The notes beneath the pieces are model-generated. The model ran no database searches. It worked only from the letters and a program-made list of their open reading frames with translations, and was not told where the DNA came from. From Cycas panzhihuaensis (lineage: Eukaryota > Plantae > Cycadophyta), in the NCBI GenBank assembly GCA_023213395.1, contig CM041465.1, positions 187,371,741 through 187,435,740 of the forward strand: DNA of 64,000 nt, written 5' to 3'. A program made the translations under genes and the position numbers. The stretch's first letter is position 1. Each line of letters begins with the position of its first letter. Below are positions 56,826 to 64,000 of this stretch, piece by piece.

Positions 56826-58340
56826 AAGAAATAAAGAACATTAGTACTCGACAAATAAGGTTTTCATGATTAATAACAATGATATAGAAATACCAGAAGA
56901 AGCACAGAAAGAACTAGAATAAGACTAGAGCATAAGAAGAGAGAAAGATGAACTTCTAGAAGTGGATATAGGAAATGTCCAAATATCATTGTATGCCATT
57001 ATAAGACAACAAGTATCCCTGTAAATCCTAAGATTCTAAGGACAAATCAAGGGGACACCAATATCAATCTCAGTAGATAGTGGGAGTACACACAATTTTA
57101 TAAACAAGGCATTAGCAAAAAAACTAGGATTACAAGTGAAATCCCTCAACATATTATGGGTGTCAATAGTAAATGGGAGAACAAATTTATATGAAGGATA
57201 CTGTAAAGACACAACTCTCCAGATTAATGATTACAAGGTCATAATTTGTATGTTTGCCATGCCCATAGGCAAAGTAGATACAGTTTTGGGGATTCAATAG
57301 ATACAAATATTAGGGAATATCATTATCAACTATATGACAAGATTTATATACTTTCGAAAAAAAAGGATGTAAATATCAACTATAAGCCCTAGCCACATCT
57401 CTAGTTCACTTCATATCATCTCACAAAATGGAATAGATTCTAAAGAAGAATCCATAAACATACATAATGTCATGTTACAAAGTAGAAATAGAAAATGTTC
57501 CTCCATAGATTTAGGCAATCTTAAAAGAACATGAGGGAGCTTTTTAAGAACCCTAAGGACTACTATCAAAAAGGGAATTAGAAAACACAATAGATCTTAT
57601 CCCCAGAGTAATATTGGTTAATATTCCTCCATATAGACATTCTTATTATCTCAGGAAGGAAATTGAAAAAGAAATATTACTCCAAGGCATAATGGCAAAA
57701 AGCACGAGTACATTCACTTCTCCCATGGTAGTCAATCTAAAAAAAGATAGATCTTATAGAAAGTGTGTGGACTATTTAGCCTAAATATATCTAAAGTTTA
57801 CATAGTCTAAGAAAACTTTGAGTAGATGTAAGAAATAGTCCAAATACTAAAGAATAATTTGGAGATGGAAAAGAATAGGATAAAATAATAAGTAGATACA
57901 GAGAGATCTGAACGAAGTTTCAAGGTAGTGGAATAGGTATTTTTAATACTCCAACACTACAAATAGATGTTAATGAGACAAATTAATCAACATAAGTTAT
58001 TACCAAGATTCTCTGGACCATATCAAATCAAGGAGTATATAGGGAAAGTGGCATATTAGTTTAAATTGCCACTAGAAAGTAAAATATATAATATCTTCCA
58101 TGTGTCTTGTTTAAAGAAACATTAGGTGAAAAAGAGGCTCCATAAATGAATTTGCCAACACTGGACAAAGAAGAAATTATGATATTAGAACCTGGGGAAT
58201 ATTACAGACCAAGTACAAGAATTTACATTTGAGGATAATCAAAGAATATCTCATCCAATGGAAGACATTGGAGCTTGAAGATGCAAAGTGGGAGTCCAAA
58301 GAATGGATGTAGAAAAATGGGCCTTTACCAATGCTTTAAG
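56826..58340 (+). pseudogene. pol: Protease, RT N-terminus, INT C-terminus and chromodomain of G
   Basis: VDSGSTHNFI; NIPPYR...SPMV...KKDRSYRKCVDY, then a jump to KLLPRFSGPYQI...IFHVSCLK; EYLIQWK...DAKWE. Confidence 0.88.
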
Positions 58341-58369
58341 GGCAAAGCATTTTCTATAGGGGAGGGACT

Positions 58370-59005
58370 CATAACATTCCAAAATATGGTCAAAACTATA
58401 CCTTGTGACTATTCAAATCAAAGGTCTTTGAACAAGGATTCCAATGGTTTAAATGAAAGCTAATTCTGACATATGCATTAAAAGTTATGGCTATTTAAAG
58501 TTTTTAGCCTACTAGTTTTAGAGAGGTTCTAGTAGACTTCTATTTGAGAAGTATTAAGGAGAATATAACCCAGTTTAGTCTAATTCTATTTAAGTAGTAT
58601 TGAGGAGAATATGACCCAATTTGGCTAACTTCTATTCTTAATATTTTGATCACTATAAATAGGAAGTTTGTGTTGCACCCGAAGCTATCATTCAGAGATT
58701 CCTTTGGCTATATATTTTTAGTTCTAGAGTTGTAATTAACTCACCCATTTGGGGGCTGTAGTTAGGAGGGTTCTTCGCTTCAAAGAGGGAAGCTCACTTC
58801 TTGAGGAAAGACTGGTATTTTGATGTAATTTCACTCTATTTTTGGTATTATTTAATAGTACAAATTACTATTTACTTCTATGAATTTTGTAATCCATGTT
58901 CCTTGTTCATTTTTCTATTGAAAAGCATCTAGTTATTGCCTTTCTATAGATTATTATCTGTATGTTTTAGGAAAACTTCTATAAAAGTAGAATTGGATCA
59001 CTATA
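58370..59005 (+). repeat. 3' LTR of G (636 bp, two 46-bp units)
   Basis: Follows the PPT and matches 52415-53096. Confidence 0.92.
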
Positions 59006-59041
59006 ACTATCCTCTTTACTTTTATCACTCTTCTTAAATTG

Positions 59042-59486
59042 ATATGTTTTTCCATCAAAAATAAATATCTGGTAGTTAATAACACTTACTTCAGACCAAG
59101 CCTATGCTTCTTGTCTTATGCCTATAGAGTTTCTAACATATCCATATCCATGTAAGAGTTGCAAATCGTTTTGTGCATACATAAACACTTCTCTCATACT
59201 TTACTTTGTGATTTTATTTGACCTAAATGCATAAAACCCTATAATGTAAGCTTAGAGTATTTAAAATAATATGCTTTACCATCAAAAGTAAGTATCTGCT
59301 AATGCCACTTGCTTTAGACCTAGCTTGTGCTTCTTGTCTTATGCCCATAGAATTTCTAATATACTAACCTCCATGTAAGAGTTACATATCATTTTGTGCA
59401 TATGTAAATGCTTCTCTCATGCTTTACTTTATGATTCTATTTAATCCAATTACATAAAACCCTATAATGCCATCTTGGAGTGTTAA
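59042..59486. repeat. Tandem duplication with a unit of about 227 bp (2 copies)
   Basis: CCATCAAAA...TGCTTCTTGTCTTATGCC...CCATGTAAGAGTT...CATAAAACCCTATAATG occurs twice. Confidence 0.85.
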
Positions 59487-59533
59487 CTTGATAAAAGTTA
59501 AAGGTGTTGGCACGTGTGTGCTTACAAAATGCT

Positions 59534-62500
59534 TATTGGCCTATAAAGATGTAATTGATAATACATTAAAAGGGGTCATTGGTATGTGTATTAACAAAAG
59601 TATTAATTAATTAAAAAAGGGAGAATTAATATAAGAATTAGTTGAGAGTTAGTTGAGTTATTAAACCATCCAACGTAATGGATAAATATGCTATATGAGA
59701 GAGGGATTATAGATGTGAATGTATATTATGAGGGATTTCCATTATAAGTTGAAGTATTAACTTAAGGTTAGAAACACTTCACTGTCCAACTAGATCCCTT
59801 TGATTAATAAGATGATAGTATTGCTACTGATATTCATGTCTTCTTATATATAAGTAGTTATCCTCCTTATAAATGTCATACTTGTGAATGTTATACCTTT
59901 CCTTAAATGATACGTTAGTAGTTGATTGAGGTCTCCATATCATAGAATTGCCAACATTTGGCACATTTCTTTTGTATGAATCATAAGGGTGCTTAGTGAT
60001 TTAATACCTTGTGGTTAATGAGGTGATAGTAGTAGGACCATGAGTATATGGATATGGTGAATGAATTTAATCAAGATAAATACAAGAAAAATGATTATAT
60101 TTGTGATACAAATTTCCATGTATTAGAGTAACAAAAGACATCACTAAAGATTACATTAGAACTTGTAAGCAGATAATAATTAAGACTAATAAATATGGAA
60201 GAGTAGCTTTGCTAAAGAGACCTTGAAGGTGATGTTATTAATAGGTGAACAAAGATCCTTTATGAGTATTGATATATGGTGAAGTTGATACTGCCAAGAT
60301 GATTCAAGAATATGAAGGACAAAGTCGTGAATGGCAAGTTAACAATTCAAGTAATCTAAGGTGATTATATATGAAGCAAGGTTAATGGATTAAAAATTGA
60401 CCAAATTATAGCCATATTTAATTGAATTCATTAGCCAAGATAGAGGGTGAAATTGTAGACTAACATTGAGTCAATGTTTAAAGTTAATATGATAATATAA
60501 ATCATGTCTAATATTCATTGTCATGTGACTTGAAGTAGAAGCATGCAAGCAATTGATTAATAGAAATGAGTAGATACAAGCAATTATGTATGAGCTAATG
60601 AAGATAATGCTTAGACAATAAATGAAGATGAGCTTACTAAATATTGATATTGATGTCATAATTAAAGATGGATAGTCACTGGCCATAATATAAAATGATT
60701 TATAGCATTGAAATAATCCAAAGCAGTTATGGGATTATTGAGGATATTATTTTATTTAATCTCCATAGATCAACAAGTGTTGATATAAGATATATGCCAG
60801 AGCACAACACCAAGTTAAGTTGATGTTGAGAAAACTAAGTTGACATCAACAAAGAAAATGATGTTGAGGAAACAATGGTGTTGAAAAAAAAAAATGATGT
60901 CAAAATAATGGTAAATCGATGCCAATAAACTATAGATGTTATCAATATTATACCAAGTTAATATCAATAAATTATAAAAGATGTCAAGTGCATGAAGTTG
61001 ACAATGTTGAATGGAAGGAATGGCAAATATCCTAATGTGTGTTGAAGCAAAAGCTTACAACATTGGTGGTGTAAATAGAAATATACAATTTAACAAGGTA
61101 ATTAGATTGGCAAGCTAAATACTAATCATTGGTGATATTTTTCATATCTCTCATAATTGAAAATTACATTAACAAATTTTGAGTTGACATTAGTGGTGTC
61201 AAGTAATATACATTAATGTAATATGAGACAATAATCAACACAAGTTAATAGATGCAAGACTTTTTCTAATGTTGTACATTAATTCAATCATCCACATGAA
61301 CCAATGAGGTCAATAGATTACAATGCATAACCTAAGATTTTAAATCAATTGAAGCTACCTATGAAGAGAAAGTTAACTATGTAGACAAGTGATTGTATGT
61401 TTGATCAATAATGTCAGAGTCAATAATTTTTTTTTAAGTTAGCATTGTTAATCTGGGCTAACAAAGATATTAAATCATCATGACTCACTAAGGATTTTGC
61501 TCCACTTAATTTGACGATGATGAAGTTTGGTTATGTTATGAATATTAATGGACATCAAGTGATATTACAAAGGCTTTATGGTAACAATAACAACAATACT
61601 GAAGTTGTTTATATGAAGGTGCTTAACTGCATGATGGAGCCAAAGATATAAATAAGAGTTAAAATTAGTCTCTATAATTTTTTAAGGAACTTAGTAAGCA
61701 AATAACTAAAGTAATAAGATTATAATAACCTATATTAGGAGTTGCATTAAAACTACAATTAAAGATCAAATCATAACTAGCATACATATAAATTAGCATG
61801 TTGTATGCTACAATAAGTATTAACATTAGAGGAGACACATTGGGAATATTAAATTCTTACATTTTGTGTTCCTCTAGTATTGCCTCAAGCACTCGTGAAG
61901 TTTTTCGACTGTGTATAATAATTCTAAGGAAGTTTCTAGCCTTCCTTGTTTTGTAAAAATGGATAGTATTTTGTAGGCTTGACTAGTCAAATATAGTATT
62001 TAGCCATGTAAAGGAGTCTATGTATAATGTTGATATATGACTACAATATACATCATGGTTAGGACTTTAGGTTAGTCAAAGATAAGCATGAATTTATATA
62101 TATTGAGGAAAAATTCAAGAACATAAGTAATGGCAAGGTAGCAAAAAGGTGAGTTTTCTTCATCTCAACCTAAGTCAAAATTATTAATAGTAAATGGAAG
62201 TAGATAACTTTGTATTATTTCATGTACCATGATTTTTACTTAACTAATGATGATTCCTAGTGAATGAATACCTAATATAATATAACCACTCTCTCCATTA
62301 TTGATGAAATTATCTAATAATGCCAATAAGCTAATGTGATGGTTATGGGATATACCAAACTCACATTTATATGATAAGCTAGAAAAGGTTATAAGTTAAC
62401 CTAAACCCTCTAATTAGACTCTATGAATTAGTATGAAGAATATAGGTCTTAGGGCTTCTCACTTAGCTTAACTTAGAAAAAGGAGTTGCCTTATAATAGG

Positions 62501-63239
62501 GACTCATATGCGAGATGTTAAAAACCTAGTAAAGGTATGAGTAAGACTCAACATGACTACTATGACCCAAGCAATAAGCAATGTAACATCTAGATATGAG
62601 ATGTCATTAGCTAGAACTTGATAAGTAATCATTGTAAGAAATAACTTAGATTTAGATAAATATTTCTCAATAGTAGGACATATGTTGATTTGATCCAAAT
62701 GCTGCCAATCAATAACCTAATGAAGATTAATGTTGAACCATATATCCAAAGGACTTCCTAGTGAACTAGTAGATGCAATTTCTAGTTACTAATATATACT
62801 AGTGGATGGGCAATCCTTCATATGGATATCATCAATTCCTATTTGTCACACAAATACATGTTGACTTTTAGTCAAGACTATGTGACTTATTAAGTCTACG
62901 AGAGATGTTGGCTTATAAAGGGGTTATTTATAGTACATTAAAAAGGATTATCGATACTTATATTAATAAAAGGGTTACTTAATGTAAAAAGATGGAATTA
63001 ATATAAGAATTAGTTGGGTTGTTGAACCACCTAATATAGGTTGATGCAACAACTAAAAGCTAGTAGCCCTTAGTTATCCGTGTGACTATATAATCCCTTT
63101 GATCAATAAGATGATAGTATTATTACTCATATTTATTTCTTCTTATCTCTAATTTCTTCTCCTTCTTGCGAATGCCATGCTTTTCCTACATTGACATGTT
63201 ACAATTGATTAAGGTCTCCATGTCCCAAAATCACTAATA
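59534..63239 (+). mobile_element. Short degenerate LTR element I (3.7 kb), probably a non-autonomous copia derivative
   Basis: LTRs 59534-59956 and 62906-63239 (consensus ends TGTTGG...CCAACA). Perfect TSD ATGCT. TGG-starting PBS-like site at 59959. Faint RT/RH traces (FAP, EVVYMK near 61500-61620; KGLP near 62750). Confidence 0.8.
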
Positions 63240-64000
63240 ATGCTCTATTTGTTTTGTAATGTAAATGCCTATACATGTCCAACATTACAATATAAGGATG
63301 GGATAAAAGTGATAGTGATCCATTATAATGAACTGGGCTTAGATGAATTGGCAATAGGGTGAAAAAGCCACATAGTAAACCTATATCCTTTTGTAAGCAT
63401 AATATTTTATTATAATATTAATGGAATAATCCACTTGAATAACTAATAGATTTCTGAATAAAATATTTTATAGATAATCCTAATTGATAACATAATAATT
63501 CATAGTAATGATAATGTTAGTGAAATAATAACTAGGATAAATAACAAATGCAATGATAGACTGGTTGATGCTTGGCACTAAAATGCCTAAGGATGAAATT
63601 AATCCATCATCATATGAAAATAAAAAATAGTCATAACATGCACATGGATCAACCTCTTTTTTATGCCCCTAAATGTTGGATTTGATTTTAATATTAATAA
63701 AATATTAGTAAAGGACTAGGCTCATTATAAGTCATGCCATTATTGTATCCTATGGGGACCCTATCCCCAATAGACTACTCTTAAAGAGACTTACTAAGGT
63801 GGAAGTGAGTAATTCTATATGACTTTCTTCTATGCCCTCATCCTTCTTATATATGTTACTTTTTATTGGTTGACTTTCTAGCACTATTATTTATTATTTA
63901 ATGTTGAGATTAGGATAACAATAATGGAGCTAAAAAGGAATTATACCATAATGAAGGAAGAATTTTTATTAATCATGTATGCAATTAATAAATTCCAATA

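Larger units (their letters stand above)
52415..59005 (+). mobile_element. Ty3/gypsy chromovirus G with most of RT-RH-INT deleted; contains H
   Basis: LTRs 52415-53096 and 58370-59005. TSD ACTGC/ACTAT (two transitions). Degenerate PBS at 53099-53110, PPT AGGGGAGGGA at 58358-58367. Confidence 0.88.

Noticed and set aside
62400-62410. Scattered AAACCCT telomere-like motifs
   Set aside because: They are single copies only, with no array.
60471-62698. Short minus-strand ORFs in I and other 60-90-aa hydrophobic ORFs across the window
   Set aside because: They have no recognisable domains and are expected by chance in AT-rich DNA.

Overview
This is AT-rich eukaryotic intergenic DNA with very few CpGs, made almost entirely of nested, decayed retrotransposons. 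It comes from a large land-plant genome; a gymnosperm is my inference. I see no intact host gene, RNA gene, CRISPR array or prokaryotic feature. I labelled the elements by letter. X is an old long-LTR family (592-3020; related pieces at 42399-42909 and about 51340-51450). A-left (3313-10008) and A-right (12678-17955) are two different Ty1/copia halves on the minus strand, joined by copia C (10009-12677), which lacks a target-site duplication (TSD) and carries only RT-RNase H. Copia B (4382-9623) is nested in A-left. Ty3/gypsy chromovirus D (17956-42398) contains E (21833-35521, minus), a tRNA-Arg-primed Tat/Ogre-like element with gag-protease only and a 1.86-kb compound (TA)n tract. Chromovirus F (42910-51334) contains a 5'-truncated L1 LINE (44041-45918). 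Chromovirus G (52415-59005) contains H (54227-56825), a copia fragment truncated at both ends. I (59534-63239) is a short degenerate copia derivative. The most interesting signals are a candidate multi-intron spliced leader inside the E LTR, two insertions that look like DNA-break repair rather than integrase events (C and H), a large deletion scar, and C>T/G>A erosion in CG and non-CG contexts. All boundaries and counts were read by eye.
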